Source: Patescibacteria group bacterium
GTDB lineage: Bacteria > Chloroflexota > Limnocylindria > Limnocylindrales > CSP1-4
Direction: 5' to 3'
DNA length: 55,098 nucleotides
Assembly: GCA_035495215.1 (NCBI GenBank)
Contig: DATJGH010000061.1
Location: forward strand, 1 to 55,098
Under the pieces are notes generated by a model. That model made no database searches and had not been told where the DNA came from. It saw nothing but the letters and a program-made list of their open reading frames with translations. Made by a program: the position numbers and the translations under genes. Positions 29,836 through 41,053 of the stretch are shown here, piece by piece; position 1 is the first letter of the stretch; each line of letters opens with the position of its first letter.

Positions 29836-30990
29836 CTAGGCCGGCTTCGGTCGCTTGTAGAACGGCAGCGGCACCACCTCGGCGGCGACGGGCTGCTCCC
29901 GGATCTCGACGGCCAGTATCGTACCCGGCTCGGCATCGCCGGGCGCGACGTAAGCCATGGCGATGGGCTTGCCGAGGGTTGGCGAATGGGTGCCGCTGGT
30001 CACGACGCCGGTCCGCCGCTCGCCGGCCAGGACCGGGTAGCCGTGGCGGGCGATGCCCCGGCCGGTGATGACCGCCCCGACGAGCCGCTTCTCCGGGCCC
30101 GCCTCGGCCACGTGAGCGAGGGCCTCGCGCCCGACGAAGTCGCCGGGCTTGTCCAGCTTGACCACCCGGCCGAGGCCCGCTTCGAACGGATTCGTGTCGC
30201 GCCCGAGCTCGTTGCCGTAGAGCGGCATCCCGGCCTCGAGCCGCAGCGTGTCGCGCGCGCCGAGGCCGCAGGCGACGACGCCGGCAGCCTCGCCCCCGGC
30301 CGCGAGGGCCTCCCAGACTGCCGGCCCGCGCCCCCAGTCGACGAAGACCTCGAAGCCGTCCTCGCCCGTGTAGCCGGTACGAGCCACGAGCGCGGGGATC
30401 CCGGCGACCTGGCCCTCGGCGATCGCGTAGTAACGGAGGCCGTCGAGGTCGACGTCGGTCAGCGGCGCGAGCACCCCGGCCGCGCGCGGACCCTGGATCG
30501 CGACGAGCGACGTCGCGAGCGACCGGTCATCGAGCACGGCCCGCCAGCGCACGAGGCGCGATGCGAGCTCGTCCGAGACGACGCTCGCGTTGCTCGCATT
30601 GGCCACGACCAGGAACCGCTCCGGCCCGAGCCGGTACACGATGAGGTCGTCGATCACGCCGCCGTCCGGGGCGCAGATCATCGAGTACTGGGCACGACCG
30701 ACGGCGAGGCTGCGCGGATCGGAGACGAGCGCGGCAGCCAGCGCGTCGCCGGCGTCGTCGCCCTCGACGAACAGCTCGCCCATGTGCGACAGGTCGAACA
30801 GGCCGGCGCGCTCGCGGACGGCGCGGTGCTCGTCGAGGATGCCGGTGTACTGGACCGGCATCAGCCAGCCCCCGAACTCGATCAGCCGGGCGCCGAGCGC
30901 GCGGTGGATGTCGATCAGGGCGGTCTCGTGCAGGTGCTCCGCGCTGCCTGCTTCCGAGGCCGGGGTCGTCGTCGCGGACTGCTCCGTCAT
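29836..30990 (-). CDS. gcvT: Aminomethyltransferase (glycine cleavage T protein)
   Basis: ORF 29836..30990. The motifs EFGGWLMPVQY, LFDLSHMG and RDTLRLEAGMPLYGNEL are present. Confidence 0.95.
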   Translation of the reverse strand: MTEQSATTTPASEAGSAEHLHETALIDIHRALGARLIEFGGWLMPVQYTGILDEHRAVRERAGLFDLSHMGELFVEGDDAGDALAAALVSDPRSLAVGRAQYSMICAPDGGVIDDLIVYRLGPERFLVVANASNASVVSDELASRLVRWRAVLDDRSLATSLVAIQGPRAAGVLAPLTDVDLDGLRYYAIAEGQVAGIPALVARTGYTGEDGFEVFVDWGRGPAVWEALAAGGEAAGVVACGLGARDTLRLEAGMPLYGNELGRDTNPFEAGLGRVVKLDKPGDFVGREALAHVAEAGPEKRLVGAVITGRGIARHGYPVLAGERRTGVVTSGTHSPTLGKPIAMAYVAPGDAEPGTILAVEIREQPVAAEVVPLPFYKRPKPA

Positions 30991-31005
30991 CCTCCCGGGT
31001 CCAGG

Positions 31006-31494
31006 CTAGGACGACGCCGCCGCCGGCTCGCGCGGCGCCTGTCCCGACACTGGGCGGAGCGTCGCGAGCCGCGACTCGGCCGTCGCCACGAGATCGCGCT
31101 CGGTCTGGAAGCTGAGCAGCGCGCCGGCTTCGGCGAAGGGGACCCAGCGCACCGCCTCGAACTCGTGGTCGTGCCGCGACAGGTCACCGCCAGTTGGTTC
31201 CATCAGGAAGTAGTGCACCGTCTTGTGGATGCGCAGGCCGTCCTGAACGAACGTGTACTCGATGGACGGCAGCGGCGCCACGATCCGGACCTGGAGGCCG
31301 GTCTCCTCACCGACCTCCCGGAGCGCCGTCTCCTCGGTCGTCTCGCCGCGCGACGGCGTGCCCTTCGGCAGCGTCCAGGTCATGCCATCGCGGCCGCGCC
31401 GGCGCATGCCGACGACCAGGGACGGGCGATCGCCTTCGGTGCTGACGACGACCCCGCCGGCAGAAGTGGCGCGCGAGGTCCTCAGGCGCGCCAC
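31006..31494 (-). CDS. NUDIX hydrolase
   Basis: This is the C-terminal part of ORF 31006..31815. The Nudix box reads GTPSRGETTEETALREVGEETG. The start is placed at GTG 31494 because the upstream part of the ORF lacks the coding third-position GC signature. The start is uncertain. Confidence 0.75.
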   Translation of the reverse strand: MARLRTSRATSAGGVVVSTEGDRPSLVVGMRRRGRDGMTWTLPKGTPSRGETTEETALREVGEETGLQVRIVAPLPSIEYTFVQDGLRIHKTVHYFLMEPTGGDLSRHDHEFEAVRWVPFAEAGALLSFQTERDLVATAESRLATLRPVSGQAPREPAAASS

Positions 31495-31796
31495 GGCGCC
31501 GCGTGGGCGCTCGGATGGCGCGGGCCGAGCGACCGCTGCCAGGTCAGCGTGTAGGCGGGTCGCAGGAGTCCACCGGAGATGCGGACCGGTCGCGTCGCGG
31601 CGATGGAGCGCCGGTCGCGCCGCAGGTGGGCGAGCGGCGACGGCTGGTCGCGCAGGAGCACCGTCAGCCGGGTCGGCGCCGGGCTGAAGGCGCCCGCCGG
31701 CGTGAGCCCCAGCCGGCGGCGTCGGCTGCCGCTCGCGGCCCTGGGGAATCGCGCCGCGGGACGGGCCGCGTAGCGCGCTGTGATGCTGTGCTCCAT
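31482..31796 (-). CDS. Doubtful small ORF (104 aa, Arg/Pro/Ala-rich)
   Basis: This lies within ORF 31482..31877, from ATG 31796. My manual count gives third-position GC of about 93%, which looks coding-like. However, second-position GC is about 71% and the product is R/P/A-rich. There is no Shine-Dalgarno sequence. It may be a decayed coding remnant or an unusual disordered protein. Confidence 0.3.
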   Translation of the reverse strand: MEHSITARYAARPAARFPRAASGSRRRRLGLTPAGAFSPAPTRLTVLLRDQPSPLAHLRRDRRSIAATRPVRISGGLLRPAYTLTWQRSLGPRHPSAHAAPWRA

Positions 31797-31815
31797 CGCG
31801 GGCAATGGTACCCAA

Positions 31816-32850
31816 TCACACCGGCATCGCAAGCAAACGACGCATCGATTCGGCGGCATGTGGAGCCAGCGAGCCACGCGATTCGGCGAGCTCGATCTCC
31901 CGTTCCGCGGCCGCCCGATAGAGGGGCAGGACGCCCGGCGCGAATCGGGCGAGCGCGTCGAGGTGGCGCTCCAGCGTGCCCACGTCGCCGCGGGTCATCG
32001 GGCCGGTCAGCGCGGCCCGGATCCCGAGCGCCCTGGCGTTGTCGAGGGTCTGCTCGATCAGCCCACCGTAGACGGCGAGAGCGCCCGCCTCGTCGAGGCC
32101 GGCCGCGGCGCCGAGCTCGGCGATCGCGTCGAGCAGGGCGACGAAACCGCCCGCCGCGAGCACCGCGGCGGCGTGGTACGCGGCCTTGCTCCCGGGGGCG
32201 AGGCGGACCGCGGTCGCGCCGAGGGCGTCGGCCATGTCCGCGAGCAGCGCAGCGAGCTGGTCATCGCCCTCGATGGCGACGGTCGCGCCGTGGAGCGCGG
32301 CGACCGCCCGCTCGGTGTCGGCGAACGCGACCAGCGGGTGGAACGCTCCGACCTGGGTGCCTGCCGCCCGGGCCGGCTCGAGCACCTCGGCGCCGAGCAC
32401 GCCGGACGTGTGGACCAGGGCCTGGCCGCTGTACAGCCGGAGCTCGCCGGCCAGCCCGGCGATCGCGTCGTCGGGCACGGCCAGGATGATGAGCTCGGCC
32501 TCGTCGAGCACGGGCGTCCCCTCCGCGAAGGCGCGCGCGGTCGGGACGAGCGCGCGGAACCGCTCGCGCCGGGCCGCGTCGCGCGAGCCCACGGCCACGA
32601 CCGGCCAGCCGGCACGATGCAGGGCCGTTCCCAGGGCGGTCCCCACGGCCCCGGCGCCGATGATCCCGATGAGGGGCGGCTCGCCCGGCTCCGAGCGTCC
32701 ATGCGGATGGCTGTGCCCGGGCTCCTCGGTCCCGCCGTGGTCATGGCCCGTCGGGTCGAGGTCGATGCCCCGCCTGCGCAGGTCGTCGAGGGTCGCCGGG
32801 TCGGGCGCGCCGGCCGAGCGGCGCCGGGCTTCGTCGCGCCAGGCTTTCAT
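31816..32850 (-). CDS. Rossmann-fold / DUF2520-type putative oxidoreductase with a His-rich N-terminal extension
   Basis: These are the last 344 codons of ORF 31816..35484, from ATG 32850. The dinucleotide-binding motif IGIIGAGAVG is present. The remainder resembles the NADP-oxidoreductase/DUF2520 family. The N-terminus contains DPTGHDHGGTEEPGHSHPHG. Confidence 0.75.
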   Translation of the reverse strand: MKAWRDEARRRSAGAPDPATLDDLRRRGIDLDPTGHDHGGTEEPGHSHPHGRSEPGEPPLIGIIGAGAVGTALGTALHRAGWPVVAVGSRDAARRERFRALVPTARAFAEGTPVLDEAELIILAVPDDAIAGLAGELRLYSGQALVHTSGVLGAEVLEPARAAGTQVGAFHPLVAFADTERAVAALHGATVAIEGDDQLAALLADMADALGATAVRLAPGSKAAYHAAAVLAAGGFVALLDAIAELGAAAGLDEAGALAVYGGLIEQTLDNARALGIRAALTGPMTRGDVGTLERHLDALARFAPGVLPLYRAAAEREIELAESRGSLAPHAAESMRRLLAMPV

Positions 32851-32907
32851 GCCGTTCGGGCGTACCCTTCCACGTGTCGAGTCTACCCAGCGGAGGGGTT
32901 CGCGAGC

Positions 32908-35763
<2,856 letters not shown>

Positions 35764-35785
35764 GCCGCCGAGCCCCGCCTCCGCC

Positions 35786-37072
35786 CTACTCCGCAGCCTC
35801 GGGCATGCCCCGCAACGCGAGGATCGGCGAGCGATACAGCCACAGCACCCCTGACAGCTGCAGTGCGATCACCACGAACAGCGTGGGCTGGACGCCGAGC
35901 ACGCCACCGAGGACCCCGCCGATCGTCGCGCCGATCGGCCGGATGCCCATGTTGATGAACCGGAAGGCGCCCATCGCCCGGCCCCGGATCCGATCCGGCG
36001 TGCGCGCCTGGATCATCGCTCCCGCGTTGATGTCGAGGATCATCACCCCGACGCCCTGGCCGAACTCCGAGAGGAACAGCAGCGCCAGGATCGCGGTCTG
36101 CGGCAAGCCGCCGGCGAGTGGGATGAGGAAGACCGAGGCCGGGAACAGGATGAGCCCGACCACATAGGCGCGGCCGATCCCAAGAACACGTCCGATGCGG
36201 GATGCCGTCAGCGCACCCAGAACGCCGCCGACCGCCCCCATGCCCAGCGCGACGCCGAGGATGCCCGGCTCGACGCCAAGGTAGTCGGGCGATGTCGCGT
36301 ACAGGATGAACAGGCCCTGGAAGCAGAAGTTGAACAGGTTCAACGTCGCCGCCGCCAGGATCGTCGGGCGCATGATCGGGTCGCTGAAGATGAACGCCAG
36401 GCCCGAGGCGAGCTGCTGGCGGATGGTCCCCGGCTCATGCTCGACCGCCGGCTCGGGCGCGGTGATTCGGCGCAGGAAGAAGACCGAGCCAAGGAATGAC
36501 GCCGCGTCCGCCAGGAGCGCCACCGGCGCCGTGAACAGCTGGATCAGCACGCCGCTGATCGCCGGCCCGGCGACGCTCGACAGCGAACGGCTGCCGTTGA
36601 GGAGCGCGGTCGCCTCGACGAACTGCTCCCGCCGGGCAACCGCGACGAACAGCGTGTTCCAGGCGATGTCGAACACAACGCTCAGCGAGCCGACGACAAA
36701 GGCAATCAGGAAGAGCAGCTCCAGCCGCTGGAAGCCGAGGACGAACGCGACTGGAATTGCGGCGATGGCGAATGCCCGCCCGAAGTCGCACAGGATCATC
36801 AGCCGGCGGCGGCTGTGGACCCGGTCGAGCCACACCCCGGCGGGCAGCGAGAACAGCAGATGCGGCAGGAGGCCCACCGCAGTGAGCAGGCCCATCTGCG
36901 TCGGATCGGCGTGCAGGATGAGCACGGCCACGACCGGCAGCGCGAGCTGCGTCACCTGGTCGCCGAAGACCGAGATCGTCTGCCCGAGCCAGAACCGCCG
37001 GAACTGCGTCTCGCGCAACAGCGGCGGCACGAACCGGCCGAGGCCGCTGGGCGGCGCGGCGCCCTCGCTCAC
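35786..37072 (-). CDS. MFS transporter (MFS_3 / EntS-like family)
   Basis: This is ORF 35786..37438 from GTG 37072. The N-terminus FRRFWLGQTISVFGDQVTQLALPVV is typical of the family, and about 12 TM segments follow. The upstream part of the ORF runs through the tRNA gene and is not coding. Confidence 0.85.
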   Translation of the reverse strand: MSEGAAPPSGLGRFVPPLLRETQFRRFWLGQTISVFGDQVTQLALPVVAVLILHADPTQMGLLTAVGLLPHLLFSLPAGVWLDRVHSRRRLMILCDFGRAFAIAAIPVAFVLGFQRLELLFLIAFVVGSLSVVFDIAWNTLFVAVARREQFVEATALLNGSRSLSSVAGPAISGVLIQLFTAPVALLADAASFLGSVFFLRRITAPEPAVEHEPGTIRQQLASGLAFIFSDPIMRPTILAAATLNLFNFCFQGLFILYATSPDYLGVEPGILGVALGMGAVGGVLGALTASRIGRVLGIGRAYVVGLILFPASVFLIPLAGGLPQTAILALLFLSEFGQGVGVMILDINAGAMIQARTPDRIRGRAMGAFRFINMGIRPIGATIGGVLGGVLGVQPTLFVVIALQLSGVLWLYRSPILALRGMPEAAE

Positions 37073-37091
37073 GGACCGGCTCGAGGGGGAG

Positions 37092-37167
37092 TGGTGGGCG
37101 ATACTGGATTCGAACCAGTGACCCCGCGGATGTGAACCGCGTGCTCTAACCGCTGAGCCAATCGCCC
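37092..37167 (-). tRNA. tRNA-Val (anticodon CAC), CCA encoded
   Basis: The minus strand reads GGGCGATTGGCTCAGCGGTTAGAGCACGCGGTTCACATCCGCGGGGTCACTGGTTCGAATCCAGTATCGCCCACCA. It folds into a canonical 76-nt cloverleaf (7/4/5/5-bp stems). The anticodon loop is TTCACAT and the T-loop is TTCGAAT. Confidence 0.93.
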
Positions 37168-37205
37168 ATGTGCGCGGCCGACGAGGAGCCGGCGGCAGGC
37201 GGCGA

Positions 37206-37547
37206 TCATACATCGACCCCCGGCCAGCGCGACCTGATGGCGGCCGCGTCGAGGCCGCCAATCTCGACCACTTTGACGCGCGCCGTGGCGCCCCGGACGA
37301 TCGTGATCCGCCCTCGCGCGACGCCCAGCTCGGCGGCGAGCAGCCGCATGAGCGCCTCGTTGGCGGCCCCATCCACGGGCCGGGCGGTAACCCGGGCACG
37401 GAGCTGGCCGTCGACCACGCCGTCGACCCGCTCGTCACCTGCGCCCGGCGTCAGTCGGAGGGAGAGGCGGACCCGCGAGAGGTTGGCGGTCCGCCGGCTG
37501 GAGCGGGTCAGGCGACGGCTCGCAGCAGCGCCCCGATGACCAGGCAC
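37206..37547 (-). CDS. DUF167 (YggU-like) protein
   Basis: ORF 37206..37547. The segment LRARVTARPVDGAANEALMRLLAAELGVARGRITIVRGATARVKVVEI matches the YggU pattern. The start is uncertain: ATG 37547 overlaps yggT by 40 nt. Confidence 0.75.
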   Translation of the reverse strand: MPGHRGAAASRRLTRSSRRTANLSRVRLSLRLTPGAGDERVDGVVDGQLRARVTARPVDGAANEALMRLLAAELGVARGRITIVRGATARVKVVEIGGLDAAAIRSRWPGVDV

Positions 37548-37756
37548 ACGATGAGCGGCGAGAAGTCGAACATGCCGCTCCGGGGCAGGACCTTGCGAAC
37601 CGGCGCGAGCAGCGGCTCGGTCGTCGAGATGATGTAGCCGGCGATCGCTCCGCGGCCGGCGGGGTTCACGAACGACAGCACGACCCGGGCGAACACGGCC
37701 AGCTCCAGTCCGATCAGGATGAACCGGACCATGTTGAGCAGGAGCAGCGTGCCCAC
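37508..37756 (-). CDS. yggT: YggT-family membrane protein
   Basis: ORF 37508..37756, 82 aa with two TM segments. It lies between yggS and DUF167, as in the E. coli yggS-yggT-yggU arrangement. Confidence 0.8.
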   Translation of the reverse strand: MGTLLLLNMVRFILIGLELAVFARVVLSFVNPAGRGAIAGYIISTTEPLLAPVRKVLPRSGMFDFSPLIVCLVIGALLRAVA

Positions 37757-37765
37757 GGCCGGAGT

Positions 37766-38503
37766 CTAGCCCAGGGCCGGGCGTGCCCCGAAGATCGCCC
37801 GCCCGATGCGCACGAGCGTGGCGCCCTCCTCGACGGCGACCTCGAAGTCGTCGGTCATGCCCATCGACAGCGCGGCGCCCAGCCTGGGTTCGCGAGCTCG
37901 CAGCCGCTCCGACAGCTCGCGCAGCGCGACGAACGTCGGCCGTGCGAGCTCGGGCTCCGGGACGACGCGCCCGACGGTCATGAGGCCCTCCACCGACAGC
38001 GCCGGCAGGGCCACGATCTCGCCGATCTCGCGCGCGAGGCTCGCCGGGTCGAAGCCGGCCTTGGCCTCGTCGGCGTCGACGTTGACCTGCAGCAGGACCG
38101 GCAGCGGGCCCGCCGGCCGAAGCTCCGCGCTGATGCGGTCGAGGCGCTGCGCGAGCGCGAGCGAGTCGACTGTCTCGATCACGTCGAACAGCTCGACCGC
38201 CCGGCGGGCCTTGTTGGACTGCAGCGGCCCGATGAGGTGCCAGCGCGGCTGCTCCCCGACGGGCCAGGTTGACACGGCGTCGATCTCGGCGACCTTGGCC
38301 TGGCGCTCCTGGACGCGGTTCTCGCCGAGGGTCGTGAACCCCGCGCCGATGGCCGCGAGGATCCGCTCGGGCGGCACGGTCTTGGTGACTGCCACGACCT
38401 GCACCATCCCGGGGTCGCGCCCTGCTCGCTCGGCTGCCCGGGCGATGCGCGACACGATGAACTCTCGCGCCTTGCCCAACGCTGCCGCGCCACCTGACGT
38501 CAC
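37766..38503 (-). CDS. yggS: YggS-family pyridoxal-phosphate homeostasis protein
   Basis: ORF 37766..38503. The motifs VAVTKTVP (PLP lysine), HLIGPLQSNK and SMGMTDDFEVAVEEGAT are present. Confidence 0.9.
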   Translation of the reverse strand: MTSGGAAALGKAREFIVSRIARAAERAGRDPGMVQVVAVTKTVPPERILAAIGAGFTTLGENRVQERQAKVAEIDAVSTWPVGEQPRWHLIGPLQSNKARRAVELFDVIETVDSLALAQRLDRISAELRPAGPLPVLLQVNVDADEAKAGFDPASLAREIGEIVALPALSVEGLMTVGRVVPEPELARPTFVALRELSERLRAREPRLGAALSMGMTDDFEVAVEEGATLVRIGRAIFGARPALG

Positions 38504-38692
38504 GGCCGGGATGCTATCGATTGGGTACGACGGGCGCGCTGTGTCAGCCGTTCACCACCCGACCACACGTCACGCTGGCTCGAGCAAGCGAGTTGGCGCC
38601 GAACGGGGATTCCCGCTCGGGCACGGTCCTCGTGTGTCAGAACGCTCGCGCGGTGACCGAATGACAGGAACGGGCTCACGATTGCCAATGAC

Positions 38693-38869
38693 GTGCGCAA
38701 GTGGCAAGAGCTGCCCGACCGCGAAGCGTTTCTGAGCGACATCGCGACGGTGTTGACGCGCCGCTTCGGCGGCGAAGCTGGCGCGACCGACGGCGCCAAC
38801 GCCGCCAGGCGGCCCGATCAGCGACTGCGCCGGAGGAAGGAGGGGATCTCCAGATCGTCCGCGTCGTAG
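38693..38869 (+). CDS. Possible small ORF or gene remnant (58 aa), convergent with and overlapping the ftsZ 3' end
   Basis: It is below the ORF-track length cutoff. The frame is open from 38657, with a GTG at 38693. The product reads [45 protein letters not shown]... In the intergenic part, third-position GC is about 88% and second-position GC about 57%, which is coding-like. No Shine-Dalgarno sequence is present. Confidence 0.3.
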   Translation: MRKWQELPDREAFLSDIATVLTRRFGGEAGATDGANAARRPDQRLRRRKEGISRSSAS

Positions 38870-40032
38870 GCAGGGCGGCGAATGCCGACCGGCTCGACCG
38901 CGCGCACGCTGCCGACGTTGCCGTTCGTCGCCTCGTCCGACCGTGCCGCGGGCGCGTCGGGAACGCCGACGTCGCTCATCTGGCTCCGCTGTCGCTCGAG
39001 CTCCTCGAGGAAGTCGCGCGGTGCGCGGGCCCCGGCATCGGTCGAGGCGCCGGCGCCGGCGCGGCTCGCGGCGCTCGGCCGCTTGCCGTCGAAGCCCGTG
39101 GCGATGACCGTGATCGCGACCTCGTCGCCGAGCCGCTCGTTGAAGCTCGTGCCGAAGATGATGTTCGCCTCGGGATCCGCCGCGGAGCGGATCTCCTCGG
39201 CCGCCTCGGTGACCTCGAACAGCGACAGGTTCGACGACCCGCTGACGTTGAACAGGATGCCCTGCGCGCCGGCGATGTCGACCTCGAGGAGCGGGCTGGC
39301 GATCGCCTGCCGGGCCGCCTCGATGGCCCGGTTCTCGCCGGAGGCCCGGCCGATGCCCATCAGCGCCGAGCCGGCGTCCTTCATGATCGCCCGCACGTCG
39401 GCGAAGTCCAGGTTGATGAGCCCGGGGACGGTGATGATGTCGCTGATGCCCTGGACGCCCTGGCGCAGGACATCGTCGACGACCTTGAACGCGTCGAGGA
39501 TCGACGTGTTCTTCTGGACGACGTCGCGCAGCCGGTCGTTGGGGATCGTGATGAGCGTGTCCACCTTGGCCTTGAGCGACTCGCCCGACTTCTCCGCCGT
39601 GAGCTTGCGCTTCGCGCCCTCGAACGTGAACGGCTTGGTCACGACGGCGATCGTCAGGGCCCCCTGCTCCTTGGCGATCTCGGCCACGATCGGCGCGGCG
39701 CCCGAGCCCGTGCCGCCACCGAGGCCGGAGGTGATGAACACCATGTCCGAGCCTTCGAGGGCCTGGGCGATCTTCTCGCTGTCCTCCTCGGCCGCACGCT
39801 CGCCGATCGACGGATCGCCGCCGGCGCCGAGGCCGCGGGTGATCTTGTCGCCGATGCGCAGCTTGTGCGGCGCGTCGGACTGGAGGAGTGCCTGGGCATC
39901 GGTGTTGAGGGCGATGAACTCGACCCCCATCATCTCCGCCCGGATCATCCTGTTGACGGCGTTGCTGCCGCCGCCGCCGACCCCGATGACCCTGATCAGG
40001 GCGAAGTTCTCCGAGTCCGAGCGCAGGCCCAT
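38818..40032 (-). CDS. ftsZ: Cell division protein FtsZ
   Basis: This is ORF 38818..40056 from ATG 40032, preceded by GGAGGAG. The tubulin signature [12 protein letters not shown] is present, with NTDAQAL. The C-terminal peptide is [11 protein letters not shown]. Confidence 0.96.
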   Translation of the reverse strand: MGLRSDSENFALIRVIGVGGGGSNAVNRMIRAEMMGVEFIALNTDAQALLQSDAPHKLRIGDKITRGLGAGGDPSIGERAAEEDSEKIAQALEGSDMVFITSGLGGGTGSGAAPIVAEIAKEQGALTIAVVTKPFTFEGAKRKLTAEKSGESLKAKVDTLITIPNDRLRDVVQKNTSILDAFKVVDDVLRQGVQGISDIITVPGLINLDFADVRAIMKDAGSALMGIGRASGENRAIEAARQAIASPLLEVDIAGAQGILFNVSGSSNLSLFEVTEAAEEIRSAADPEANIIFGTSFNERLGDEVAITVIATGFDGKRPSAASRAGAGASTDAGARAPRDFLEELERQRSQMSDVGVPDAPAARSDEATNGNVGSVRAVEPVGIRRPAYDADDLEIPSFLRRSR

Positions 40033-40207
40033 GGCTTCTCCTCCGACCGGCCTCACGGGGCCGCGTTATGGGGGCTGAAGGAACCGGGCACCGGCGCGCT
40101 CGCTCGCCGCTTTCATCCCTCCCGCAGGTTGCCGCCGAGTCTACCATCGGGCCCCCGGCGAGCGCGCATCGAAATCGAACATTCCGGGTTGCCTTTGGGT
40201 CGCCGAC

Positions 40208-40759
40208 GTGCCTGCCCTGATCGTGATCGCGATCCGACTGCTCGTCCCGTTGACCATCCTGCGCTGGCCGCTCGCGGGTGGGTTGCTGTCCCTCGTCGTC
40301 GACGCCGTCGACGTCGTGCTGGTCGATGCGATCGCGAGCGTCCTGGGGCAGCCGCCCGAGTTCGGGCCGATCTACGCGCAGCTCGACAAGTGGCTCGATC
40401 TGTACTACCTGGCATTCGAGCTCGTCGTCGCCCGGCGCTGGCAGGAACTGGTGCCTCGGCGCACCGCGTACGTCCTCTTCGGCTGGCGGCTCCTCGGCGT
40501 GATCCTGTTCGAGATCACGGTGTCCCGGCCGCTGCTGGTCGTGTTCCCGAACCTGTTCGAGAACTACTTCCTGTTCATCCTGGTCGCGCGGCGCTGGTTC
40601 CCACGCTTCGTGCCGCGGACGGTCACCCACTCGGTCATCGCGTGCCTGCTCCTGCTCATCCCCAAGGAGATCCAGGAGTTCGCGCTCCATTACGAGGAGC
40701 TGCACCCGTGGCAGTGGCTGCGCGAGACGTTCATCAGGCCGCTGCTGGGCGGTCCATGA
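40208..40759 (+). CDS. Hypothetical integral membrane protein (183 aa) on the strand opposite the dcw cluster
   Basis: ORF 40208..40759 with a GTG start. By manual count it has a very high third-position GC. It has about 5 hydrophobic segments and a Trp/Arg-rich motif (RRWQELVPRR, ARRWFPRF). I recognise no family. Confidence 0.7.
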   Translation: MPALIVIAIRLLVPLTILRWPLAGGLLSLVVDAVDVVLVDAIASVLGQPPEFGPIYAQLDKWLDLYYLAFELVVARRWQELVPRRTAYVLFGWRLLGVILFEITVSRPLLVVFPNLFENYFLFILVARRWFPRFVPRTVTHSVIACLLLLIPKEIQEFALHYEELHPWQWLRETFIRPLLGGP

Positions 40760-41053
40760 CCCGGGGGCCCGCTCTCTCCTCGTGCGGCTCCGTGACGCCG
40801 GCTGACTGCTGCGTCGAATTCGAGTCACTCGTCGCGCGAACGGCGGCGACGACATCCGGAGCAGGCCTGGCGAGCCGGCTCGGGCCACGAAACGGAGCGC
40901 TGCCGCGTCAATCGTCGCCTGGACGTCGGCGGCGCATCGACGCGGGGCCTTCCTCCGACGAGTGGCACGCAGACGAGTCACATCGGCGCCTCGGGGCGTC
41001 GGGCACCCGGAGCGACCCGGCCGCGCCCCCGGCGGCCCGTCGGAGATCTCGCG

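Noticed and set aside
30991-31815. A glycine riboswitch upstream of gcvT or the NUDIX gene
   Set aside because: Only 15 nt separate the NUDIX stop from the gcvT start. The 320 nt upstream of the NUDIX gene lack the GGAGAG and ACCGAAGG(G/A)GCAA cores on the minus strand.
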